From positions 23,684,001-23,748,000 of the forward strand of contig OZ360245.1 of assembly GCA_977017645.1 (NCBI GenBank): a DNA stretch of 64,000 nucleotides, read 5' to 3'. The position numbers and the translations under genes are program-made. This document shows, one piece after another, positions 26,059 to 39,451 of the stretch (positions are counted from its first letter, which is position 1; the number at the start of each line of letters is the position of its first letter). The notes below the pieces were generated by a model. The model searched no databases, was not told the DNA's origin, and saw only the letters and a list, made by a program, of their open reading frames with translations. Source of the stretch: Torpedo marmorata. Taxonomy: Eukaryota.

Positions 26059-29038
26059 TTTTAAAAAAAATATTTTATTTAAAATTTTTAAATCACAAAA
26101 TAAATAAAATAAAATATACAGTTATGAAATTATTTGTGATACATTTTCACCCCCCTCCCTCCCCAACCCTCCCAATCCCACTAATCTAAAAAAATATATA
26201 AAATAAAAATAAAAAAAGAAGAAAGAGAAAAATAGAGTTAGGGGAATGCCAATCTATAAACTACTTCTATTATGGAGGTCAAGTATGCCAGTGGACCCAA
26301 TACCCAGAGATCCTCAAATTCTTAAGCCAACAGCTCTCATATATGGGCTCCAAATTTTTAAGAAAAAATGATATTTATTACGTAAATTATAAGTAATTTT
26401 TTCAAGTGGTATACATGAATGAAGTTCTGCATGCCATCTTTCTAATCCTAAATCTAAATCAGATTTCCAAGTAATAGCAATGCATTTCTTTGAAACAGCT
26501 AAAGCAATTCGCAAAAATTCTATTTGATACATATTCAATTTCATCTTAATACTAAATTTTTTAATATCTCCAAACAAAAATATCATAGGATCCATTGGAA
26601 ATGTAATTTTAAATACTTTATCTAAAAAACTTTTAACTTTCAACCAAAAATCATAAACTTTTGGACAAAACCATGTAGAATGTACAAAAGATCCTTCTTC
26701 TCTATTACATCTGAAACATAAACCTGATAGTGTCGGATTAAATTTCTTTAATTTTTTAGGTGTTAAATATAATTGATGAAAAAAATTGTATTGAACTAAT
26801 CTATATCTAACATTAATAATCTTCATCATACTTAATTTAGATAATTCTTTCCAATGATTTTCATCTATTCTTACATTCAAATCTACCGGTAATTCCCATT
26901 TTAATCTTGATTTATGCATTCCTACTTTAGGCATTTTCCTCTGAAACAATTTATACATTTGAGAAATAAATTTATTAACATCTCCTTTAGTAACTAATAA
27001 TTCTAATTCATTTTGTCTTGGCAAAATCAAAGCATAACCTAATTTCTCAATCAAAAAAGCTCTAATTTGATAATAAGCAAAAAGTGTATTATCTAATATA
27101 TTAAATTTATCTTTCATTCTTTGAAAGGTAATAAATTTTCCAGCTTCAAAACAATCATTAATCTTTTTAATTCCTTTTTGAAACCAAATTTTAAATAATT
27201 GATTATTAATAGTAAATGGAATAAGTCCATTTTGATATAAAGGCATCCTTGAAGAAATCAATCCTTTTGCTCCTATTTCCTTATCCGTCTTATTCCATAT
27301 TTCTAACAAATGTTTAAAAATAGGCAAATTTTTCTTTTTTGTTGATATTAATTTAGAATCCCATCTTCTTTGGAATCTTCTCCTATATTGTTTAATTCTA
27401 TTTTAATCCAAGCAGAAGATTTAGTTACCGGTAAATCAAAAAATTCATTAACAAATTTTAATTGAGCTGCTTTATAATAATTTTGGAAATTAGGAAGTTG
27501 TAAACCACCCATTTCATAATTCCAAGTTAATTTTTCCATACCTACTCTTGCTAACTTTCCTTTCCATAAAAATATTCTAATAATTAAATTTAAATCTTTA
27601 AAATTTTTTTGAGGAATTCCATAAGGAATTGCTTGAAAAAGATATTGAATTCTTGGAAAAACATTCATTTTAATACAGTTTACTCTTCCCATTAAAGTTA
27701 TAGGTAAATCTTTCCAATTTTCTAAATCTTTCTTTATTTTCACAAATAATGGTAAATAATTTAATTTATATAAATTAGTCAATTCTGTATCGACCTTTAT
27801 TCCCAAATATTTAATTCCTTCCTTAGCCCATTTAAATTGTGTAATTTCCTTACATCTACTATAATCCCCTTTTGATAATACCATAATTTCACTTTTATCA
27901 GAATTAATCTTATATCCAGATATTTCCCCATATTCTCTCAATAGCAGAGACAATTGTACTAAGGATGTAGTAGATTTCATCATATATATCAATACATCAT
28001 CTGCAAACAAGCTAACTTTATGTTCTTCCATTCCAACCTTAATACCAACTATTTTAGGATCTTTTCTAACTAATTCTGCCAAGGGTTCTATCGCCAAAAT
28101 AAATAATGCTGGTGACAAAGGACATCCTTGTCTAGTAGATCGAGTCAAAGGAAATTTTGAAGAAGTTTGTCCATTTGTGACTACTTTAGCTGATGGTTCT
28201 TTATATATAGTTTTAATCCAATTAATAAATGTATTTCCAAAACGAAATTTCTCCAATACCTTAAATAAAAAATTCCACTCTAATCTATCAAAAGCCTTTT
28301 CAGCATCTAAAGTTAAAACTAATGGTAAGTCTTCCTTCTTTTTATGTAAATTAATTAAACTAATCAATCTGGCTATATTATCTTTTGAATATCTATTTTT
28401 AATAAAACTAGCTTGATCTACATGAATTAAGTCTGGTAAATAATTAGCCATTCTATTTGCTAAAATCTTTGCCATTATCTTATAATCTACATTTAATAAT
28501 GAAATAGGTCTGTAAGATTCAGTTTTCAATACATCTCTATCTTTCTTTGGTATAACTGTAATTATTGCATTTTAAAAAGTATCTGGTAAAGAATGAGTTT
28601 CCGTAATTTGATTCAATACATCCATATATGGAGGTATTAACAAGTCTTTAAATTCTTTATAAAATTCTGATGGAAATCCATCATCACCTGGAGATTTACC
28701 ACTTTTAAGCGAAGTAAGAACTTCATTAACTTCCCTCATTGAAAAAGGTAAATCTAAAGATTCTCTACTTTGAGTATTCAATTTAGGTAGTGTAATTTTA
28801 GATAAGAATGTAGTAATTTTAGAATCATCTTGATCAAACTGAGATTTATATAGATTCAAATAATAATCTTTAAAAGAATCATTTATATCTCGAGGTTTAT
28901 AGGTTATTTCTCTAGAATTCTTTTTCCTTATAGCATTTATAGTTCTAGAAGTTTGTTCTTTTTTTAATTGCCATGCCAAAACTTTGAGCTCTTTCCCCTA
29001 ATTCATAATATCTTTGTTTAGTTCTTTCAATTAGTTTT
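26059..29038 (-). mobile_element. L1/Tx1-type LINE, 5'-truncated, RT plus C-terminal CCHC region, 16-bp TSD
   Basis: YRPISLLN, LDAEKAFD, RQGCPLSP, LFADD, CFRC...H...C; GAATCCAGTCATTCTT at 26043-26058 and 29039-29054. Confidence 0.95.
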
Positions 29039-29512
29039 GAATCCAGTCATTCTTGAATGATTACTACCAAATACCCCACAATCTCCTCTACCCTGGGATC
29101 TACCCAGATCATTTATTAACCTTTTGAACTTCCCCAGCAACTTCAACTTAGTAATAGCCACTACACCCACTTCTGCCCCTTGACACCCTCAAACATCTAG
29201 CATACTGCTGGCATATTCCACAGTGAAAACCAACGCAAAATACTTATCGAGTTCATCCGTGATTTCCTTGCCCCCTATACTATCTCCCCTCTAGTTTTAG
29301 ATTTCCCTATCATGGGGCTGTGACGATCCTTGTATGTGCTAAATGATTTTATAAACTCTCAGTCACCCCTCAGCCTCCTTCATTCTAGGAAAAACAGTCG
29401 CAGCCTATCAAGTCTTTCTTTATAATTAAAGTCAACTGGTCCCAGCATTATCCTTTGAATCTTTTTTGCACCCTCTATGACTTACTCACATTGCAATTGC
29501 AATTTTTTTCAG

Positions 29513-29693
29513 GAAAATCATTAGCAATCTATTTATGGGCAGAGCAGGAACTGTTTTGTCTGGTTCCATTGCTGGGCTGGAGGGTGGATCACAACTTACT
29601 CTGAGAAGAGCTACAAGCATGAGAAAGACTTTCACCACTGGTGTAGCTGCAGTAAAGAAGAAATCATCATGCATCCAGATTAAACTGCAAGTG
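29513..29693 (+). CDS. MYO18A: MYO18A exon: [60 protein letters not shown]
   Basis: tcag|GAAAAT...GTG|gttagt, 181 nt, phase 2-0; near-identical to recalled MYO18A. Confidence 0.96.
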
Positions 29694-30735
29694 GTTAGTA
29701 AATCAATATATCAGTTTCAATTCTAAGAATGTTTCTGTGGGTGCATGCATGTCGGAAAGACTTGCGAGTTAATGGTTATCTAAAGAATCATTTGATATTT
29801 ATTTGTTTACTGCTATAACAGTTTATCTTCAATACAATCTAATTTGAATTGCTTCATACAACAGCACATTTTTGAAATTTCAGAATTGCTGTCAAGATTC
29901 ATTTTCTTTTAATGTTATATTTTGGTAGGAAGTAAAAGAAGAGGTCATTTGTACAAATATGAAAGGTTTATTTCAAAACATATATTGAAACCATAAACGG
30001 GATAGATAGAAGAGAAAGAGGGAACTTCTCTGGCAGAAAATAGGGATATCATGAGAGCAATTGGCAAAAAAACAAAACTGAAGTGATCAAAATTTTAAGA
30101 CAGCAAGTGGTTAGAGACAGCAATGTTTTGTTAGAGTTAGTGATGGCAGATTCCACTGTAGCTTTCAAAATGGAGCTGAATAATTATCTGGCGGGAATGA
30201 ATTTGCACAGGTGGGCTGGGCAGGGGACTTGCTGGATTACATAGAGCAGATATAAACTCACTGTATCCTCCATGTTTTTGTGAATGTTAAAAGGTTTAGA
30301 GATTGTTTAATAAAAAGTACCAATAAATTCTAACTTGGTAACCGGATTAAATAACATATATTAATGTTAATATACACTAATCAAAATTGTTAATTTACAG
30401 GTGGTAATTTTAGCTGTTCCTTCTACAAATGCTATACGAAAAAATTTTTTTTAAATTTAACTTGGTCATGCCTGTTATTGAGAAAATCTAGAAATAGTAT
30501 TAACATTTTAATGTTATTCAAACTTCATGAGTTTCAAAATTGTTTATACAACATATTAAAGATTGCATTTATATGGTTCATCTTTTTTGTTTGTGTCAAA
30601 CTAGGTATTCAAAGTTTGAATTCAGAATAAAAATGTCTAAATCACACAATGAAAGTTCATAAATGTCTTGGCTTAGCTAAATTAATATATTGCTGCTAAT
30701 TTAATACATGGATTAATTCAGTGACTTTTTTACAG

Positions 30736-30976
30736 GATGCTCTTATTGATACAGTGAAAAAGTCCAGAATTCATTTTATCCACTGTTTGTTGCCAAAATC
30801 TAATGCGCTTACTGAAAGAAAAGTGTCTCCAACTCCTTCTATGAAGTCTGGAATCATAGAAACTGATGTCCAGGCAGAAAATTTTGAAGCAGGTCTGATG
30901 CAGCTGGACGTACCACTTCTTCGAGCCCAGATTAGGGGCTGCAAACTTCTTGATGCCCTGAGAATATATAGACAAG
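30736..30976 (+). CDS. MYO18A: MYO18A exon: DALIDTVKKSRIHFIHCLLP...LDVPLLRAQIRGCKLLDALRIYRQG
   Basis: cag|GATGCT...CAAG|gtcggt, 241 nt, phase 0-1. Confidence 0.95.
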
Positions 30977-32329
30977 GTCGGTTTTATCAATTAAATTTCG
31001 CATTGAGAAATTCAATGTATGAAGTCTGTTGTTTGTAGTTTCTTAATCATGGAAGTTTCTTAATCATAGGTAGGATTAGCCTTGAATTTCTGCAGAGGAA
31101 ATCCAGAAGACCAGACATTAGCTGAGTTTGGTTGCCACCTGTTTGACTTGTTTGGTCTGGGGGCAAGTCTGAGTTAAAAATGTTAAAATTTCACCAACCC
31201 ATTTTCACTTTTAAAATTCACCTCATTTATTTAGTAACACAGTATATCATTTAAATAGATGCAAAGAATAAAAAGCACTGCTCAGGGCCAATAAGGTCTA
31301 TGCTTATTTTACTATTTTGAGCTCCTTGTATAAACAAAATTTCAGAATACCCATATCAATTCCTAATTATTCATCAAGCTCTTTGATGTTTGAAGTTTTT
31401 ACATGGAGGAAATCATTCCTTTGCCTCTGACAGCAGCTGTTTTGTCTTGATTTTATTTCCTTTTAATATTTAATGCTGTGTTTTAACCATTTTTAAGTCC
31501 ATGTTCCTGATGTTCATTCGATTATGAAAGAATAACCATGAAAACAGATGAAACATTTATTGTTGTTTGTGGATTATTTTTTAATTAATTTATTTTTCAG
31601 GATCTGTACTCACTGGCAAGTTCACTGACTGAACTTTTCCTAATTTCTTTTGAGAAGGTGGTGGTGAGCTGCTGTCTTAAACCATTGTAGTCCTTCTGTT
31701 GATGATGCTCACAGGCCACTACTGAAATATCAGGGGACTTGTATATCTGAATGCTGACCTACACATTAGTCAAGCATTAGCTTGACATTGCCTTTAAAGA
31801 ATGATACAGTGAGTGTGATAATGTGGCAGACTTTTCAAACACAATCTCTGGATATGCCAATTTGAAAGACAGACCCAGCAAAGGTAACAGGTGGGACAGA
31901 GTAGCCCTTGAAGTCCTTAACATTGAATCCAGACCCCATGATGTCTCATGATATCAGGTCAAGCAAGGGCAAGGAAACCTCCTTCTGACTACTACTTACC
32001 ACCCTCCATTGGCTGAGGAATCGGAGCTCTCCATGTTGAATGATACGGACGAAGCATCGAGAGCAGTAGGGACATAGATTATACTCTGGGTTCAGGACTA
32101 AAATGCTCATCACCAAGGTTGGGTTGGAAGTATTAGCACTGACTGAAATTCATAGCCACCAGACTGAGTTTGTAGCAGATAGTGATTGACCAATAGAGAG
32201 AGACCTGTAATTATTCATACCAGTCAATCTGTGGTCGATGCATCTATCCATGACAACATCGGTAGAAATGACCACTGCTGATGGAGACGTCCTGAAAACA
32301 TCATCCATCATGTCAGAATCAGAATCTAT

Positions 32330-32722
32330 TGTCATGAACAAGTCATGAAATTCGGTGTTTTGCGGCAGCATCATAGTGCAAACATTCATATTATAACCAT
32401 CTTACGACATAACTATAAAAAAAAATAGTGCACAAAAAGTAAGGCAGTGTCTTTGGTTCATTGATTATTCAGGAATCTGATGGCAGCGGGGAAGAAGCTG
32501 TCCTTGCGCTGTTGAGTGCTTGTCTTTAGGCTCCTGTACCTTTTTCCCAATGGAGCAGAGTGAAGAGGGCATGGCCTGGGTGGTGGGGGTCTTTGAGGAC
32601 AGAGGCTGCTTTTTTAAGACACCGCCTCATGTAGATGTCCTCGATGGAGTGAGGTTTGGTGCCTGTGATGTCACAGGCCGAGTTAAAAACCCTCGGGAGT
32701 TTATTCTTGTCCTGAGAGTTAT
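32330..32722 (-). mobile_element. L2-like LINE 3' fragment
   Basis: tcagaatcagaatctattgtcatg tandem tail and typical 3' coding remnant. Confidence 0.6.
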
Positions 32723-33519
32723 GTTATGTGGCACTGCACTAAATGGGATAGACTTAGAACAGATCTTACTATTCAAAATTGGGCATCCATGAGGTACTGT
32801 GGACCACAAGCAAGAGCAGGAATGTACTCTATCACAATCTATAATCTCCTGTCCTGCGGATCCCTCAGTCTACCATTGCCATAAAGGGGTTCATCCCTTG
32901 TTCAATTTAGTGACCCATTAACATAGGACCACATATATACTGGAAAAGGTAAGTGATTTCACAACTAATGGATTGATTGGAAGCTCTGTAGTCCTATTGA
33001 ATTTTGTCATGGCTGGTCATGGACAATTAAACAGGAAAGAGTTGGAGACTCCAAAAACATCCACATCTTCAATAGTGGCAGGGCCCAATATGTGAGGGCT
33101 CCAGACAAAATAAAAGTATTTGCAGCAGTGTTCAGCTAGATGTCTTCAAAAGATGATCCAAACCTATTTCCTCGGGACTATATCAGGAAATAGCTGAGAA
33201 CAACGGATACTGCAAAGGATTTAGGACCACATAATATCGCAGTTGTACTGAAGACTTGTCCTGCAGAACTAGCTGCACCGATGTTAATGCTGTTCCATTA
33301 TTATATACTGGCATCATGTGGATAATGTGGAAAATTGCCAAGCTGCATCCTATTCACAAATTCTAAGTAACTGCTTGCTGCACACTCAATCTGCTCTCGG
33401 TCATCAGTAAATTGATGGAAGCCGTCATGAGATGAGGTTAGGGACTGCTTTTTAATCAAGGTTGAATTTGACTGAATTTAGCAAAATTGGTCAATAGATA
33501 TCAAGGAGAAATCAGTCTA

Positions 33520-35612
33520 TTTGTATTGGCAATAGAACCGTTGGCGGAAATGATCAGGAAAGATATGAATATAAAAGGGATAAAAGTAGGTGCAGAAGAG
33601 CATAAAATTAGTTTGTTTGCAGATGATGTATTAATATATATGACAAAGTCTATTGAATCACTTCAACAATTAGATAAAATATTGAGGGATTATGGTGAAA
33701 TATCTGGATATAAAATAAATTCGGATAAAAGTGAGATAATGGCTTTATCTCAAGGAGATTATACTAAATGTAAAGAAGTTACAAAATTTAAATGGGCTAA
33801 AGAAGCTATTAAATATTTAGGAGTTAAAGTGGATACAAAGTTAGAAAATTTATATAAATTAAATTACATACCTTTATTTCAGAAAATAAAGAAGGATTTG
33901 GATAATTGGAAAGATTTACCTATAACTTTAATAGGAAGAGTGAATTGTATTAAAATGAATATTTTTCCAAGAGTTCAATATCTTTTTCAATCTATACCTT
34001 TTGGTATTCCCCAAAAATTTTTTAAAGATTTAAAAAGTATTATTAGAAAGTTTTTATGGAAAGGAAAACTGGCAAGAGTAAGTATGGATAAATTAACTTG
34101 GGAATATGAAATGGGTGGATTACAACTTCCTAATTTTCAATATTATTATAAGGCAGCACAATTAAAATTTATAAATGAATTATTTGATTTAACTAAAAAT
34201 ACGGCATGGATTAATATAGAATTAAGTAATATAGGAGAAAGAAATAAGGAAGATATTATTTATAAATGGAATTCTAAATTATTATTGATTAAAAAGAAAA
34301 AGTCACCGATTATTAGACACTTATTAGAGATTTGGAATCAATTAGATAATGAAATAGGGCGAAAAGGATCAATTTCTTTAAATATGCCATTATATCAGAA
34401 TTTATTATTACCATTTTCTATGGATAATCAATTTTTAAAATTATGGTATCAAAAAGGAATTAAGAAGATTAAAGATTGTTTTGAGGCAGGAAGATTTGTA
34501 ACTTTTTCCAGATTGAAAGAAAAATTTGGAATAATGGATAATACAATTTTGGCTTATTATCAAGTTAAAGGATTTTTAGTTGAGAAATTAGGGAATCAAT
34601 TAATATCTCCTAGACAGGATGGGTTAGAGTTACTAATTACTAATGGAAATGTTAATAAATTTATATCGCAAATGTATAAATTATTTCAGAAAAAGATACC
34701 TAAAGTAGGATTGCATAAATCTAGATTAAATTGGGAATCAGATCTAAATACTAATATAGATGAACAACACTGGAAAGAATTGTGTAAATTGAGTATGACT
34801 AAGATTATTAATGTTAGATATAGATTAGTACAGTATAATTTTTTTCATCAATTATATATAACACCCAAAAAATTAAAGAAATTCAATCCGGCATTGTCAG
34901 ATATGTGTTTTAGATGTAAAGATGAAATAGGTTCCTTTGTACATTGTACATGGTCATGTTCGAAAATTAAAAATTTTTGGTCTAAAGTCAAAGATTTTTT
35001 AGATAGAATTTTTAATATTATGATTCCAATGGATCCTATGATATTTTTATTTGGAGATATAAAAAAAATGAGTATTAGAAATAGATTAAATATGTACCAA
35101 ATAGAATTTTTACGAATCGTATTAGCTATTTCAAAAAAATGTATTGCTATTACTTGGAAATCAGATTTAGATTTGAATTTAGATAGATTACATGCAGAGT
35201 TACGTTCTTGTATACCACTGGAAAAAATTACGTATAATTTGCGAGACAAATATCATTTCTTTTTGAAAATTTGGAGCCCATATATGAGAATTATGGGTAT
35301 GAATTAATTCTCTAAAAGTTAGTACCGCTGACAAAAGTATCCTCCATATATAAATAGAGTTAGTCTGAAATAGTTTTCTCCTCATTCTAACTCTCTTAAT
35401 TTTATTTCTCATTCTATTTCTTTCCTTTTAACTAACATTTCTATATATTCTTTTTTTTTTCTCTTTATTAGAATAGTGTGGGAGGGCTAGGGAGGGGAGG
35501 GAGGGAAGGGGGGTTGGTAAAAATATCACATGTATTTTGATAATATATTATTTTGAATATGTATTTTGTGATTTTAAAAATTAAATAAAAATTTTTAAAA
35601 AAAAAAAAAAAA
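33520..35612 (+). mobile_element. Young L1/Tx1-type LINE, 5'-truncated, uninterrupted ORF2 C-terminal part, poly(A), 17-bp TSD
   Basis: ORF open from the junction to 35307 (LFADD, CFRC...H...C); AAGGAGAAATCAGTCTA at 33503-33519 and 35613-35629. Confidence 0.95.
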
Positions 35613-35820
35613 AAGGAGAAATCAGTCTAATGATTGGTATTAAATCTTTCATAATGGAAGATGGTTGTGGTTGCTTGGTGGGGCGGTCAAATATTCCAGC
35701 TCCAGGACTGCAAATTTTCTTCAGTACTAGGCCCAAATATTTTTTGATGTTTAAACATCTTTCTTCAATTATATAGTCAGATAATTGTGCAGTCTTCAAT
35801 TCTATTTGCAATTCCACAGC

Positions 35821-38800
35821 TAGGGTTACCAGATTTGCCAAATAGAAATACAGGACACCCTGTTCAAATTTAAATTCAAATGATTTCTAATTTGCATATA
35901 CATACGTACATTGAGATAAAATAATATTACTACATGGGAACACTTATATACTAAAAAATATTGGTAACACGGTCATCTGGATTAAATTAAAAATTTAATC
36001 AGGTTAACTTTACGCAGGCGAGACCCTGTTACCAAAATATTCATTTCTTATCCAATTAAAATGTAAGTATTTAAATTACATACCATTAATTATATTTCAC
36101 TGATGACTTGGCTCTCCTTAACAGGTCCTTGTTTTGCAGAACTTGCTTATAAAATTCCTTGCACTGACAGTCTATGTTCCATTTACATTGTAACATAGCT
36201 TCTGCTGTGGTCACATCCAATTTATTTCGTTCTTTTGTCCATTGAACATTCATTAACGAGAAAACACGCTCAACATTAGCATTATGAGCCGGTATGCTGA
36301 ACATGTACTGGCATAAAATTAACAACTCGGAGAATTGCTCTTCAAATTTAATTTGTTCAAGCACAGAATACCATCATTCATGGCATAACTTGCTTTTCAA
36401 TTCTTCGGGATTGCATCTCTTGATCAATGAGTTTTTTAAATGTTGTCCACTGACAAAAAATAACATTGTCGTCAATTTTTATTCCCTTCTTTTTTAACAC
36501 TACACATGATGATTCCACTTGTTCCCATGCTGGAAGAGTATTTAGTAACATCCATGTAAGTGTATCGAATTCTTCAAGAGATGAAATCCATTTCACAAGA
36601 TAGTCATGGCAAGTGCCGTAATAATTATCCACTTCAAGTTGGAATTTCTTTTTCTGTTCAAAAGTAGTGTTGTCACTTTTAAGGCAAGCCTTGACACTTT
36701 TTTTTTATATTTTATTTAAATTTTTAATCACAAAATACATAAGATAAAATATAAAATTATCAAAATACATGTGATACATTTTCACCCTCCCTCCTCCCTC
36801 CCCTCCCCAACCCCCCCCAACCCCACTAATCTAATAAAAATATTTTTTAAAAAAAGGTAAAAATAGAAAAAAAAAAGAAAGAAAGTAAGGGGAATGCCAT
36901 CTATAAACTAATTCTATTGTGGAGGTTAAGCATGCCAGTAGATCCGATATCCAGAGATCATCAAATCCTTAACCCACAGCTCTCATATGGGCTCCAAATT
37001 TTTAAGAAAAAATGATATTTATTACGTAAATTATAGGTAATTTTTTCAAGTGGTATACACGAACGAAGTTCTGCATGCCATCTTTCTAATCCCAAATCTA
37101 AATCAGATTTCCAAGTAATAGCAATACATTTTTTTGAAACAGCTAAAACAATTCGTAAAAATTCTACTTGATACATATTTAATTTCTTCTTAATGCTGAA
37201 CTTTCTAATATCTCCAAACAAAAATATCATAGGATCCATTGGAAATGTAATCTTAAATACTTTATCTAAAAATTTTTAAACTTTCAACCAAAAATCATAA
37301 ACTTTTGGACAAAGCCATGTAGAATGTACAAAAGAACCTTCTTCTTTATTACATCTAAAACATAATCCTGATAATGCCGGATTAAATTTCTTTAATTTTT
37401 TAGGTGTTAAATATAATTGATGAAAAAAATTATATTGTACTAATCTATATCTAACATTAATAATCTTCGTCATACTTAATTTACATAATTCTTTCCAATG
37501 ATTTTCATCTATTCTTACATTCAAATCTAATTCCCATTTTAATCTTGATTTATGTAAACCTACTTTAGGCATTTTCCTCTGAAACAATTTATACATTTGA
37601 GAAATAAATTTATTAACATCTCCATTAGTAACTAATAATTCTAATTCATTTTGTCTTGGTAAAATCAAAGCATGGCCTTGACACTTAAAGAGATAAACTT
37701 TTCATCAATTCTTTCTTTTACGCAGTCAATGAATTCCTTTAAGCAATGAAGTACTTCAATAACGTTGTTTGCTCGTTTTAAAATTTGCATAATCCTATTG
37801 CTAAAGAGATATTGAAAACTGTGAACAAGAAATAATTAGGCTTCGCTCAATGGATTATTGAAAAAGTCAACAAGAATTTTCAGGACCTTTTCTTCGGAAT
37901 TAAAGTATGATTTCAGTGCTTCAAATAAACTGAGGATTCTCTCAACTGCATTTATTAAAGAGACCCAACAGGTTTTAGAATGTGAGAGAACTGAAGAATA
38001 CTGAATGCCAACAAAATCACAAAAATCCTTTAATCGCTCAGTTCGAACAGTATAAATGCTGAAGTAAGAAAACAATTTCATGACAATTACCGTACTTCAA
38101 TGTCAATAGAAAGGATATCAGATGCGGTTTGAGCAGCATTATGCAGAATATGAGCAGGACAGCTAACACCTTCCATAGAATCATTCATGCTTTGCTTCAA
38201 CTTTGAATAGACATTGTTCACACCTTTACACAAACGTCCACCAAAATTAGTATTTGTATTATCTCCACCAAAAGCTGTACAATTTTTCTCATTAACTCCT
38301 AATTCAATAAGAGTTTCTCTGCAAAAGCTTGCTATAGTTTCTGAGGTCTCATCTGGAAGGGATTTTACTCGCAACAGCTTTATCAGCAAGGCTTTTTCTC
38401 GGGAAAAAAATTGCACAATTAAAGGGGAAAACATTTCTGCGTTGTGATTACTTGCATCCATGTTGTCCACCGTAAAAAGACGAGGCATTTATATCTTTGA
38501 CAATCTCTGCAATGGTATATGGAGCTATTACATTTTTTACTATTGCAGTAGATTTCGTCCTGGCCTTTGAAAATTTGGATGCAATTTTGGAATCAGAAAA
38601 TACTTCCGGTAGAAGTATGTTCATACAGTCATTTGAGCTGAATGACTGATGATGTTGAACAGTGTCGAAGGCCATTACAACCTCTGCAGCTATTATTTTA
38701 TCTTCTTCTGTATTTCTCTTAATCAAGAAATTTGTTATTTTATCAGTTTCTTTTGTAGTCGAGGAAAACATACATCTCTTGTGCTTCGTTATTTGTATAT

Positions 38801-39451
38801 GCTGCTTTATATCCGACTTCCCGCCATTTTCGATATTGAATGAACAATTGCATACTCCACAAAGAGCTTCAAAACAACTTTTCCCTTGTTTAATAAATGT
38901 CCATTCTTAAGAGAATTTATCACGAAATTTACACTTTTGTTTTGGCATGTTGGGGTTAAATTACAAAACACAAATGAAAAATATTTTGCTAGCTTACCAA
39001 CGCAAGAATTGAAAAAAATCAAGCCTGGTAATTTCACTGATCAGTCACCAACAGCTGCAAACGCATAACTAACGGGCTGGCTGGCAGCGGCCAGTGGCTG
39101 CAGCCAACGAATGACACGTTTCAATGAAACGTCACGTGTGCATTCGTTGGCTGCGGTTTCAAACAAGTTCATTACTTGTCGCAAATACTTGCTGTCTTCG
39201 GGTGACTTCCTTCAACGTAATAGTGGAGTTATTTAATGTTTTAGTTTTAATGAAGTAAAATTCAAGTAGTACAAACAAAATTATTGAAAATTCCAAATCG
39301 TACAGCTCTAAACTGCTGAATTTTGCAATTTATTTAAAAAAAATCTTAATACAAGACATTTAAGGCATCCTGATAAAGTCAATACAGGACACAGGACAAA
39401 ACCATTAAATACAGGACATGTCCTTTATATATGGGACGCCTGGCGACCCTA
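35821..39451 (-). mobile_element. hAT DNA transposon (Blackjack-like) with decayed transposase
   Basis: Terminal inverted repeats (TIRs) TAGGGTTACCAG / TAGGGTCGCCAG; degenerate 8-bp TSD tccacagc/accatagc; transposase remnants GDNTNTNFG, CPAHILHN, SIPAHNANVERVFSLMN. Confidence 0.9.
36700..37674 (-). mobile_element. L1/Tx1-type 3' fragment inserted in the hAT transposase, 12-bp TSD
   Basis: Very similar to 26059-27030; GCCTTGACACTT at 36688-36699 and 37675-37686. Confidence 0.93.

Larger units (their letters stand above)
24322..29485 (-). mobile_element. Two nested CR1 copies (outer ~24322-24594 plus ~29287-29485; inner ~24595-29285)
   Basis: The outer copy breaks at aaacctatgcc and resumes at ccctctagttttaga. 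The inner copy has RT remnants (LEYCEQFWAP, KAFDKVP). Confidence 0.8.

Noticed and set aside
33487-35307. 606-aa ORF as a host or domesticated gene
   Set aside because: It is the 3' part of L1 ORF2, bounded by a TSD and poly(A). The first ~11 codons are flanking DNA and the start codon is TTG.
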